NCBI GenBank assembly: GCA_013265495.1
Contig: MU058815.1
Location: forward strand, 186,001 to 250,000
Source: Vicugna vicugna
Lineage: Eukaryota
Reading direction: 5' to 3'
Length of the DNA stretch: 64,000 bases
In this document: positions 51,457 to 62,995 of the stretch, in pieces
Layout of the letters: each line of letters begins with the position of its first letter
How positions within the stretch are numbered: position 1 is the stretch's first letter
Made by a program: the position numbers and the translations under genes
Notes under the pieces: generated by a model
The model's input: the letters and a program-made list of their open reading frames with translations, nothing else
Told to the model about the DNA's origin: nothing
Database searches by the model: none

Positions 51457-53549
51457 CTGAAAAAAAAAAAAATTACCCAAGTGGAAACTCTGGGCAACAG
51501 AATAGCAAAGCATGAAATTGCAATAAAGCGACTCTCTTTTATGTCATTTTATCATTTAGTGACTGATTTCAGAGAGCATTTGGTAAAATGTTCAACAGCC
51601 GGTCCCCTGAGTGGAATAAAAGCCTCGGTTTGAGCAGCAAAGGTTACTTTACAAAGCTGTTTGAGTGGAAGATGTAGGGACATGATTGTACAAGAAATAA
51701 TGAAAGAGAGAGAGAAAGGGAGGAAGAAAAAAAGGAGGAAAAAAGAGAAAAGAAAAGGAGAAGAAACTATACAGTATGTGGAGAAAAAGCCAAAACGTTG
51801 AACAATAGGCTATTTCTTACTTGATAAACTATTTTAATAAAGACATAAGGAGAAATTGGTATGACCACATTGAATAGTTACTGTGTCTTTAAACTCAGAA
51901 GACGTTGTCAAAACTAGGTACTGCCTGTAAGACATGATCCAGAAAGAATAATGTGACATTTTCAAAATATTTTTAGAATAATTTCTCTTCTTTCTAAAGA
52001 AAACTGAAAAACTAGATGACAAGAGTTTTATTTCCCTAAGGCGTTTTCTCAGTCTTTGTCTATGATGTCAAAGAATAATCCATATATAGATTACATAGCC
52101 CTTCTTTCTTTATTATGCACTTCACAGTGGCCAAGCGAATTTCACGGATAACACAGCTTTTACCGCCAGGAATCTGGGTAATCAGAGACCTTCCAAGTGG
52201 TGTGGGGTAGAAAGGATTGCCTTAGAAAATTGTAATTTTCTACAGAAACAAGAAATGGTGCCTGTTACCAAGTATTGAGAGGAAAAAAACAAAGTGAAGA
52301 ATCTGGCTTCCCTCCCATCTTGTCATTAAAGTTTTACTCTTTTGGTTTAGAGATTCTCTGCTTGGCGGCCCTAGCATCCCAGTTGCTTGGTGAAACCCAC
52401 TGGGCACTCCTACCAACAATGCTCAAAGAACTTTTACCTCCCTACATGTGAAGAGGGAGAGGTGAATAATCTGGAGCTACGGATTTGCAGGCTGGGAGCA
52501 AGGATGGATCCCCGAAAGTCAACATGGTAGAGACCATTGAGATGATGGATTATGTGGCCTGATCAGGATAGAAAATCCCAAAGTCAGGTGACAGAAAGGA
52601 AATTCAGGAGTTGAGGCTCATGAGGCTTGTCAGATACACGTCCTGGTGTGGTGGGAGCAGGCTGGAGAGATGCACGTGGCCTGTGAATGGAAGGCCTGTC
52701 GGCATATGCAGGTCCGGGGCTTTATCCTTGCCTCAGAAGACATTCTGATGTCCCCACCAATGTAAGAGTGCATAAAAGGCATGGGATCTGCTCAAGCTCC
52801 CCAGGGGCAGGGCACGGTTAACCCCATGAACTGAGTTACAGAGGGGCACTGGAAAGTGAAAAGCATGCTGTGTCTTGGGCTTACAAAATAGGCAGGTCAC
52901 GGCTTCGGGGACTTCCATATGCGGGTCATGGGGCAAGAGGCCAGAGGGGCATGGAAGACTCCCCACTGAGAAAAGGCGCCAAGAGACTCTTTCTGGGAAG
53001 AGGGAACCAGCGAAGAGGTGGTGTCCGTTAAGAAGGAGGTGTTAACAGAGCTTCTTGGGCCAGCAAGCATCAGTATGCTGCCCAGGAGGAAGGGATGGGG
53101 CTCTGAGAATTGAGTGGGCCTTTGGAGGAACACATGACAGCACAGAGAACCTCTGTTCCACCATCCAGGTTTAGAGCCAATGCAGAACCAACAACTGGCC
53201 ACCTGTTCAAACACAGATCACTGCGTTTCTAACTCAGCAGATCTGGGATGAACTCAAGAATTAGCATGCAAACACCTCCCAGATAACTGAAGTTGTTGGG
53301 CTGTGGACCAGGTCTGAGAACTGCTGGTGTGAAAGCAGGCTGCTTATCACTTAGTTTGGTGGCAAAGGTGCTTGCTCATCTTCTGCCTAGGGACCATATT
53401 ATCTTACTTCCAACACTGCGGTGCACAGCTTTTAGTAGCATATAGCTTTACATCGAAATCGGAGATTAATTAAAAGACCGCAAAAACACACACACGATGG
53501 GTTCCGGGCTGCATATGCAGTCGTGGGCCCATGAGCTCACAGACGAACA

Positions 53550-54310
53550 GCGCTGCTCCCTGGGGGCCGTGCCCAGGAGAGGGCAACGCAGGCCTTTGCA
53601 GGCACATAGGACAGCCCGTCGGGTGCTGAGCCAAGGACAGGACTGGCCGAAGCGATGACTGCCTCCTGCACTGCGAGTCCCTCCATTTGGTAAGGCAGTA
53701 ATTGCAGGCACACGAGGGAAATGAGGCGGGGAAAAGCGCCTCGCCCCGGCGGCGCTGCTGGAATCACGGATGCCTGGAAACAGCAAGCCGGGCGCTGCCC
53801 CGGGCCCGTCAGCACAGCCGCGCTCGGGGCGACAAAAGGCAGAGCGTCCGCCCGGCTTCGGCCTCGGCGGGCGTGGGGGCCGGTTACAAGCAGCGACCGC
53901 CGTGACAGCTGTGGGAGCCCCTGGTTTACACGTGCGGTGTGTGCGTGTGTGTGACGTGGGGCAGGGAGCAGACTCCGGGGAGGGCATTCTCCTTCTCTCC
54001 AGGGGGGAAAAAAACTGAATGAAGAAACTTGGCAATGGACCATCTGGGGAAGCTAAACTCCAGCTTTCAGAACCGGGGCCATCTCTCCAAAGCTACATGG
54101 GGACCACATCGCACCCTTGCCTTGCCTCTCCCGTGTGCTAAGGCCACGCGGAAACGTGGGCTGCGCCGAGACACCGCCAGCATCCTCCCGCTGCGCAGAC
54201 AGTGGGCTCTGTCTCTTCTCTGCCACGCCAGCCCCCCTGCCCCTTCGGGCCTGAGGTTTAACCTGTGAGCAACAGCATCCCCTTCCGCCGGTCCCGCTGG
54301 TGAGTGAATA
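53550..54310. promoter_or_regulatory. CpG-rich promoter- or enhancer-like segment
   Basis: Visibly dense CpG and no recognisable repeat. GGGCGTGGG at 53869, TGACAGCTG at 53903, CACGTG at 53929, TGACGTGG at 53952, and a plus-strand donor-like CTG|GTGAGT at 54299/54300. Confidence 0.5.
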
Positions 54311-55659
54311 CACCCCCTTTGATTTTCTTTTTCACAATTCGAGGCCACCCTCCTCAAAAGAGAGTCCCCAGCTGACCCACCCCCAGGTCCTCACAGTCTC
54401 TTCACAATCTTCCCGGATTCACTTTACCCTCCGCTCTTGCACCCCTGACTCTCAAGCTGGCTGCGGCAGTTTCCCTCCCTTCACCACAGGCTGTCTTTTC
54501 CTGAATCATGCAGTTCTGCCCCAAACATCTCACCAGTGACCTGAAGTCACGTCCCTCCCAGGCCTGACCCCGTTCCCTTTGACCAGCGTGGAAACACCGT
54601 GTCCTCTGGGGACGCGGGCTGCTTGGACTGCACTGTGGCCACGCTTCCCAAGTGCTGGTTCCCAGGAGGAACACACAGGGCCTCCCGGACCCCAGGGACC
54701 AATGACAGTAGCTCTCACAGCTCATCATTCTGGCCTTTCCCACTCTGTCTTGTTACAGAATCCAGCTGTGCTTTTTCTTCATCCGCTGAGCCCACTTCTG
54801 CAAGTTCCTTGTGGGAAAGGCCAGAGTGTTTGAAAAGGGGGTGGGAACACGGCGCTGGTGTGTCTGAGCCAGCTGCCACCCAAAGGCTCAAACATAGGCA
54901 CTTCAATAGCGAGGGAGGCTCAGTGATAAGCCAAGGAGAAACAGCGCAGACCGGGACACAAGCTAAATGGAATAGTAGGGTCAGTTTTTTTTAACTCAAT
55001 TCGGCCCAACAAAAGTAGAAAAAGGATGTCCTTGGAGTGTCCCTCTTTGTCATTCAACTCCTATTACTTTCCTTTTATGACACGAAGGATGGGTTGTCAC
55101 AAAACAAAGGAGGAAAGAAGAAAAGGGGAAAAATGTTGAGCAGCTCTGTTCCACTGCAGTTAACATTTAAAGCACATTTTGACTCAGTTCTCACAGTGTT
55201 GTCTTCTGTGATGGAGATATTAATAAACTCATTTTACAAATGAGGAAACCACAGCTCAAAGAGATTCAGCGACTTATTCAACAGGCTACCACTAGTACTA
55301 GATAGACTGGAGGCTAGAATGCAAGTTGATCTAGCTTCCAAAGAGGCATATCGGATTCAGAGTTATAATTAATTCATCCAAGGAGTATAAAGTCCGAGCC
55401 TTGAGCCCCAAACTGTGACAAGCACCCTGGGCCTAGAGAAAACATCTCATGTATGCCTACGAGGAGATAAGACCATGAAACAAGAATGAATCAGCAAGAG
55501 CTGCAAGCTGGTATATAATTACGTGCTGAATTACAAGGCACTTAGTAAAGGACTTTGAGACTTCAAGAGAGAGGAACATTAATGAAAACTGGTATATCCT
55601 TGGATTCAAGGTGATCATCAAAAATGTATTAAGATTTTATCAACAAAAGTAAAAAGGAG

Positions 55660-58085
55660 GAGTTTCTGGTTCCAGACAAGATAGAGTAAGCACATTCTAC
55701 CCTATTCCTCCTGCTAGTTAAAACCAAAAGTGCTGGATAAAATGCATAAAGCGACTATCAAGGGACTGAAAGCAGAAGAGATTGGCTGGAACCTCAGGAC
55801 CCCAGGGGCCAGCTGAAGATGAGTTCCTTGGGAATCTGGGCCTTTCGCTTCTATATTGGTCCAGGCTTGGTCTTGAAACCCGGAGTCACCCATGGGCACA
55901 GGCGAAAGAAATTTGTCAATTAGAAATGAATAAATGATCCCCAAGGAAAACCTACTATCTCCAGCCAAATGCTGGGAACAGGGCAGCCCTGTAGGGTGAA
56001 ACCACATAGACTATATCTCCTTCACTCAAGGCAGACACCGTGAAGGAAGTCACACCCTTTGCCACCTGCCCTGGGCCTGTGGAGACTCTGGGGGTGTCGT
56101 GTCAACCGTCTCTCCCCCTCTACTAACATAAGCAAAGACAGCATCCCCATCCTCACCAGTAGGTGCGGTAGCAATGGTGGAAGGGGGCTCTATTGGCTGT
56201 CCCTGTCTGACACTAAGTGAACATGGGTGCATCCGCCATACACACCTGACACATCAGCCACAGGGACCGTCGGAGAGGAGTCATGCTGACAGTCTCCTCG
56301 CTGTACCAAGGGAACACAGCAGAGTTGGTGGTCCTCAACCTCTCCCACCAGGCACAGTGGCCACAGAGATTGTTAAGTGGGTTACGGTCAAATAACCTTG
56401 TTTTCTGATGAACAACAGTAAAATTGTGGTAGAGTCAGTGGGGGAAGGGAGGACTAAAGGAAGCAAATTTTAATCTGGGTATAAAAAGTCCTGCGGATAC
56501 CCTTGAGTAGCCCATGTGTGAAAGGCAATATTTAAGAAGATTTTATCATAAGGAAGGTGGTGGTAAGTTTCTATATTCCATTGAAAGTGCTTAAATATTG
56601 ATACTGGAAAACTGTAATATATTAAGATGAATTTTAAATGTCTATAGTATACACACACACTAAATAAAGATAAATAGTCAAAACTATTGCTGAATTATAA
56701 TGAAATACTAGAAAAATGCTGAGGTAGTCCATAGAAAGTCAGGAAAAGGTAAACAACATAATGAAAAACAGAAAGAACAAACAGAAAACAAATAATAAGA
56801 TGGACATCCTAAATTCTAGGACAGCCTAAATCCTAGCATAGCAATAATCACATTAAATGTAAATGGCAAACAACCCAATTAGAAGATAGAGATTATCAGA
56901 ATGGATTTTTTTTAAACTTGAGCTAACTATATGCTCTCTGCAGGAAAATCACTTCAAATATAATTATACAGTATGTTTAAAGTAAATGGATGGAGAACAT
57001 CTACCAAGAAACTATGAGTGTCTATACTAATGTCAGACCAAGTAGTCTTTGGAGCAAAGAAAATTGCCAAGAATAAATATGAAGAGACAAATCCACAATT
57101 ATGACTGTGGTCTTCAACACCACTCTCTCAATAATGGATCAATACCTACAGAGAAAATCAGCAAGGCTGTATAAAAACTGAATAACACCATCAATCAATG
57201 GAATCTAATTAACATTTATGAAACTCTTCACCTGACATCAGCAGAATATACATTCTTTCTAAGCACATATGGAACAGTTACTTAAATAGACTATATTCTG
57301 ATCTATGAAACAAAACTTAACTCATTTATGTTCTCTGACTATAACAGAATTGAACTAGAAATAAATAGCCAAAAGATAATAGGAAAACCTCTAAGCTTTG
57401 GAAATTAAATGACATATTCCTTAAATAATCCATGGTTCAAAAAGAAAGTCCCAAAGGAAATTGGAAAATACATTGAACCAAATGAAAACAAAATTACAAC
57501 ATGGAAAGTCTTTGGAACACAACCAAAGCAGTATACACTGGGAAGTTTATAGCACTAACGACCTCTGTTAGAAGAAAAGAAACTTCACAAGTTACAATCT
57601 AAGCTTTGACTTCAAGAAACCATAAAAAGAACAAAAGAAACCCAAAGCAAGCAGAAGGAATTAACTCATAAAAATAAGAGCAGGAATCAATGAAATTGAA
57701 AACAGAAAGGTAATAGATAAGATCCGCTCAGAAAGCTGATTTTGTGAAATAATCAGCAACATTAAAATGCCCCCAGCAAGACTAGCGAAGAAACAAAAAA
57801 GTACACCCCCAGATTACCAATATCAGGAATGGAAAGGAGCATTACTACAGATGCCACAGACATTCAAAACATAAAAAACGAATCCTATGAACAGCTCTAC
57901 AAACATAAACTGATCAACTTAGATGAGAGACCAATTCCTCAAAACAAAAACAAAAACAAAAACTTGCCTGAGATTAAAAAGTAAGAATGGTCTCATAACT
58001 GTTAAAGAAATTGATTTAGAAATTTAAAAAGAAGGAATCAGCAGGCTGAAAGAGGAGTTTCACTGGTGAGTTCTTCCAAACAGTT
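55660..58085 (+). mobile_element. Old L1 with 5' end and degenerate ORF2 endonuclease region, internally deleted
   Basis: 5' start 'tttctggttccagacaagatagagtaagc'. ORF2-like 'ataatcacattaaatgtaaatgg', 'gcagaatatacattctt' and 'taaataatccatggttcaaa'. Confidence 0.8.
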
Positions 58086-58389
58086 TAATAGCAATAGTAA
58101 TGGTAATAATAATAATAATAATAAACAATAAATGCATGTTTAAAATTTTGAGAAATCCAAATGAGGCCTGCAGTTTAGTTAATAGTATATCAATGTAATT
58201 TTTCCATTTTAATAATTGATGATTGCTCTCTGGTTATGTGAGATATAATTGGGGAAAGCTAGTACTTTTGGAACTTCTTGCAAATCTAAAATTATTTTAA
58301 AATAAAAAAAACTGAGTGAAAAAAATTAAAGTGCAAGATGAGGTGAGCAACAAGAACAAAGGCATTAATGACACCAGCCGTCAAATAAT

Positions 58390-59008
58390 CTACGAAGTTG
58401 CGGACAAAGTTCTAAGTACCAGAGGTAGAGCAGCTCTCAGGGCTCACATTCTAGTGGACAAAACTGACCAATAAAACAGCAGTATCCTTTCATCACTGAC
58501 ACAAAGGAATAAGCAGATGTGACTCATGTGACAGAAAAGGCGGGAAGGGATGGTCCTGGGGAAAGCCTCCGAGAGGTGATCTCAGGTGAGAGAGAAGCAC
58601 CTGTTTGAAGAGCAGAGGGAACAAGAGACAAAGGCCTGGGAAAGGGCTTTTCAAGTTTGAGGAAGAGAAAAGAAGGATGTGATTGGTTCCTGGTGAGAAA
58701 GGACACAAGTGTCCCGAGACAGGGTCAGACGGTTGGCAGGATCCAAATTTTCCAGAGCTTTTTAGACCTTGGGAAGGTGTTTAGATTTTCATTCTAGAGT
58801 GGTGGGGGAAAATGGCAAAAGAGGAGAGAAATGGAAGCGTATTTGATAGGAGAGTGGCATGATCTGATTCGTATTTTGATAAACATATTTCCTTTTAGGA
58901 GAACGGATTGGAGAAAGACTAGCATGAAAGGAGATAAATCTGCCAGGAAGCTCTGTGGTTGGGCAGGGGAGAGCTGGTAATAATGGCGATGGAGAGATGT
59001 AAATGAAT
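58390..59008 (-). mobile_element. L2 fragment
   Basis: Purine-rich 'gggaaagcctccgagaggtga...caaaggcctggg...tagattttcattctagag...gagtggcatgatctgatt'. Confidence 0.65.
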
Positions 59009-59023
59009 TCAAGGTCTATTTCT

Positions 59024-59824
59024 TTTCTCTTTTTTTTTTAACACTTTTTTTTGATTTATAATCATTTTACAATGTTGTGTCAAATTCCAGTGTTCAGCAC
59101 AATTTTTCAGTCATTCATGGGCATATACACACTCATTGTCACATTTTTTTCTCTGCAAGTTATCATAACATTTTGTGTATATTTCCCGGTGCTATACAGT
59201 GTAATCTTGTTTATCTATTCTACAATTTTGAAATCTCAGTCTATCCCTTCCCACCCTCCACCCCCCTGGTAACCACAAGTCTGTATTCTCTGTCCGTGAG
59301 TCTATTTCTGTCCTGTATTTATGCTTTGTTTTTGTTTGTTTGTTTTTGTTTTTGTTTTTGTTTTTTAGATTCCACATATGAGCGATCTCATATGGTATTT
59401 TTCTTTCTCTTTCTGGCTTACTTCACTTAGAATGACATTCTCCAGGAGCATCCATGTTGCTGCCAATGGCATTATGTTGTCGGTTTTTATGGCTGAATAG
59501 AATTCCATTGTATAAATATACCACATCTTCTTTATCCAGTCACCTGTTGCTGGACATTTAGGCTGTTGCCATGTTTTGGCTATTGTAAAGAGTGTTGCTA
59601 TGAACATTGGGGTGCAGGTGTCATCCTGAAGTAGGGTTCCTTCTGGATATATGCCCAGGAGTGGGATTCCTGGGTCATAAGGTAAGTCTATTCCTAGTCT
59701 TTTGAGGAATCTCCACACTGTTTTCCATAGTGGCTGCACCAAACTGCATTCCCACCAGCAGTGTAGGAGGGTTCCCCTTTCTCCACAGCCTCTCCAGCAT
59801 TTGTCATTTGTGGATTTTTGAATG
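59024..59824 (-). mobile_element. Young 5'-truncated camelid L1 with intact ORF2 C-terminal frame
   Basis: Perfect 15-bp TSD TCAAGGTCTATTTCT (59009-59023, 59825-59839). Open frame 59823 to 59365 includes [18 protein letters not shown] (CCHC motif). Confidence 0.95.
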
Positions 59825-60431
59825 TCAAGGTCTATTTCTGAGATAAGCCTGAGGACTCAATGATGAGGATTATGAGAGGAGAGGGGTTAATGGTGCACCC
59901 ACTTCACAGTGAGAAGCTAAACTGTCAGACTCAAAGGGTGTAGGATCAGAGGGAAATTTTAGGCTACAAGAAAAAACACGGAATAAAATGCTCTCAGAGT
60001 CTGAGAAAGCAAACCTAGTAGGGGAAACACTGTTGGGCAGTGGTAAGTGCAGATATAGACCAGGAAGATAACTGGCCACTGCAGTGTCCAGACCTACCAA
60101 AATTAGGGCTAGCTTTCTCTTCTGCTCCAGACCTTGCTTTCTTGTAATTGTAGGAAAACAAATTTCACGACACCAAGAAGAAGAAGTTAATCAAGAAAAG
60201 TTATGGGTACTTTACTATCTACTCAGTACAATGCTAAGGGATATTGAGGCATTGCTCTCTGCTTACCACCCTGCTCCATCAGAGCCTTGATCAAGTCCAA
60301 ACCATATGGAACTCCACGCTGGCATGACTGACTTGGATGGAGGGCAAACACTGAGGGGCTGGCCGTGGCCCAAAGCCTGAAAACAAGAACTCTTAGGGTG
60401 ACCTGGCAACTGTTTTGAAGTGCTGTTGGCC

Positions 60432-60775
60432 TTCCCAACATCAGCTTCCCCCATCCGGCATCATTTCTCCTTCTCATCAGTTTCCCTGTCATGTCATGAA
60501 TTTCCCCTTCCCATCATCAGTTTCCCCTTCCCAACATCAATTTTCCCTTTTCCAATATCAATTTCCTCTTCTCATCATCAGTTTCCCATTCCCATCATCA
60601 ATTTCCTCTTCCCATCATCAATTTCCCCTTCCCATCATCAATTTCTTCTTCCCATCATCAATTTCCCCTTCCCAACATCAATTTTCCCTTTTCCAATATC
60701 AATTTCCTCTTCCCATATAATCAATTTCCCCTCCCTGACATCATTATCCCCCTTTCCAATATCAGCTTTTCCTTC
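60432..60775. repeat. 20-bp minisatellite (CCCATCATCAATTTCCCCTT), roughly 16 degenerate copies
   Basis: Directly visible tandem units. The block at 60531-60570 recurs at 60672-60711. Confidence 0.9.
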
Positions 60776-61239
60776 TTCCTTCCTGACAGAGACTCAGTTC
60801 TCCGTAGGAGCACTTTTCTCTCCCACATTCGTGCTCTGCGGGGAGCATGGTCCTGTCCTCAACCACAAACCATTTGTTTCTGGAGCCAGGAAACCTGCTC
60901 CATTTCTGTACGTAGGGTCACTCCACCCCTGTCTCAGTGACCCCTCTCTCAAGGTCCCGAGTCAGACACTACTTTAGTTATTTTAATTTCCACATTCCAC
61001 CCCAGCAGTGTGGGCTTGTGTGTGTCCTGAACAGGCGGCTTCTGACTGACCCCTCTCAAGTACCTCTCCTCTCTGAAATCTTGGTGCCTGTGTCCCCGAC
61101 CCTCCTCCATCTCTGGTCTTCCCACAGTGCTCCGTACCGGAAGGGGTGGTTTTACCCCTTTCCTGTGATAATCCCCAGGGTTCAGCTGATCATGCTTCAC
61201 TGCCTCCCTTCCCAGTGAGTATGGTGTCGTGGACACGCC

Positions 61240-61400
61240 TGTGTTTCAAAGCAAACATGCCCGAGTTCAAATCTCTGGCTCCCCACTTACTCTGTACCTT
61301 GGGGACAACCTCTAGCTTCTCTTCTCAATGGTAAGTTGGGTTCACTGTTAGCCCCAGTATTCCTTTGAGAACGAAGTGAATTAATGTACGGTGTAGACAG
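61240..61400 (+). mobile_element. MIR
   Basis: Contains 'gagttcaaatctctggctccccacttactctgtaccttgggga'. Confidence 0.65.
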
Positions 61401-61612
61401 CTGGAAGTGAGTAGGTCACTCGTCCAGCTTTTCCACCTACTCCTTTGAACATGGAACCTTCAAGATCGAGTGTCCCCATCCCAGGAGGGACTCTGATGCT
61501 GAAAAGCCAGTCAGGACACACACTCGTGGATGGATGCAGAGTCTGGTTTTCCACACGTCTCAACAGGTGCACAGTCACATGCTCACACCCACTCAGAGGA
61601 CCGCCTATCAGT

Positions 61613-61742
61613 AGGGCAACCACAGGACGTGATGTTGAAACCGGGATGCCTTTGAGAGGGAAGGAAGAATTGTTGGTTATTATCCTAGGCTAACAGGCAC
61701 CAGCCAGGACTGTAGAGATGAACCAGGTGTGAGTCAGCCCCA
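61613..61742. mobile_element. MER94-like hAT element
   Basis: Contains 'agggcaaccac...aaaccgggatgcctttgagagggaagg...aacaggcaccagccaggactgt'. Confidence 0.55.
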
Positions 61743-62584
61743 GCTTTTAGGAACCATCCTAACCAAGTCTATCTGTCAGCCCCAGCCTTCCTCTCCTCCT
61801 GGCAAAGGCCCACTTGCGTCCCAGCTCTGGGAGACTAGAGCTGTGCTCTCCATGTGAGACGCTCACGTCTGCACCGCCGAGGCCGTCAGCACCTGTGCAA
61901 AGAGCAGCAGTTTCCAAATCCACCAAGTCGATGAACAAACAGCGCGCACTGGATAAGAAAACAAAATGAGACCACAAGGCCAGCAAGTCGGACCACTCCT
62001 GACTCCGCCAGCTGCCATCCTGGGCCCCTTCCAGGTAAGAGGGCCCCCTTCCCTCCTTACATCACGGCAGGATGAGAGTAATGAGGTGTGGGAATCATTA
62101 GCCGACGACTCCCTGCCCCCGAGGGGTGACGGGGTAACAGCAGAGCAACAAAGCCCGAGAGAATTTCGAAACGTCGGTGGCTTTATAGCCTCCCAAGGCA
62201 GACGAGCGATGCCAGAACCAGCCCGTGGAGCTGGTGCCTAGAATGAGCCAGCTCTCTGATGCTGGTGCCAACGGTGCGAGAGCTTCACTCTTCAGGAGAG
62301 CCTGGTGCTGTCCGATCCGGAGAAAAGGTAACTAGTAATAGAGAGGAAAGTCGACCGGTCGTGAGAGCATCCTCCTCCTCCGTCCGTTTTGCCATGCTCT
62401 CCGCTAACGACAGCTCCCACTCCTCCCGTGGTCAGGCTCCACGGACGCTCCATTTCACAGCACCCTCCTTCTCACCCTCAGGCAGACTCGTGAGGATGCA
62501 GGTGCCCACTGCCCAGAGGGCAGCCAGCGCCAGCAGCTCCCAACCATGGCCCCATCACCATTCTTACAAAATAAGGGTGTAACT

Positions 62585-62995
62585 GGGAGCAGGGAAGGAT
62601 AAAGCAGGAGTTCAGGATTCGCAGATGCAAACTACTGTACATAAAATAGATAAACAACAAGGTCCTAATTTGACACAAGATTGTAAAATGACTATAACTC
62701 AATAAAAAAAAGTTAAAAAAAAAGAAATCATCAGTGTATCCACGTTCTTAGTAAAGGATGCTAAGCATTATTTGTTAAATTGCAGATAATGAGTTATGTT
62801 TAAAAATCAATCATTAAACATCTAACAATTATTTAAACAACAACAACAAGGTCCTACTATATAGCACAGGAAACGATATTCAAAATCTTGAAATAACTTG
62901 TAATGAAAAAGAATGTATGTATAACTGAATCACTTTGCTGTACACCAGAAACCAACACAACATTGTAAATCAACTATCCTTCAATTTTTAAAAAT
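62585..62995 (+). mobile_element. L1 3' end interrupted by a TSD-flanked insertion (62668-62841)
   Basis: The host L1 reads 'ataaaatagataaacaacaaggtccta|ctatatagcacagg' once the insert is removed. AACAACAAGGTCCTA is duplicated at 62653-62667 and 62842-62856. Confidence 0.85.

Noticed and set aside
59365..59742. Host protein-coding gene
   Set aside because: It is the L1 ORF2 C-terminus in a truncated, promoterless copy. The same applies to ORFs at 6156 and 50129.
60415..60977. Repetitive F/P/I/S-rich ORFs
   Set aside because: They are a by-product of the stop-poor minisatellite.
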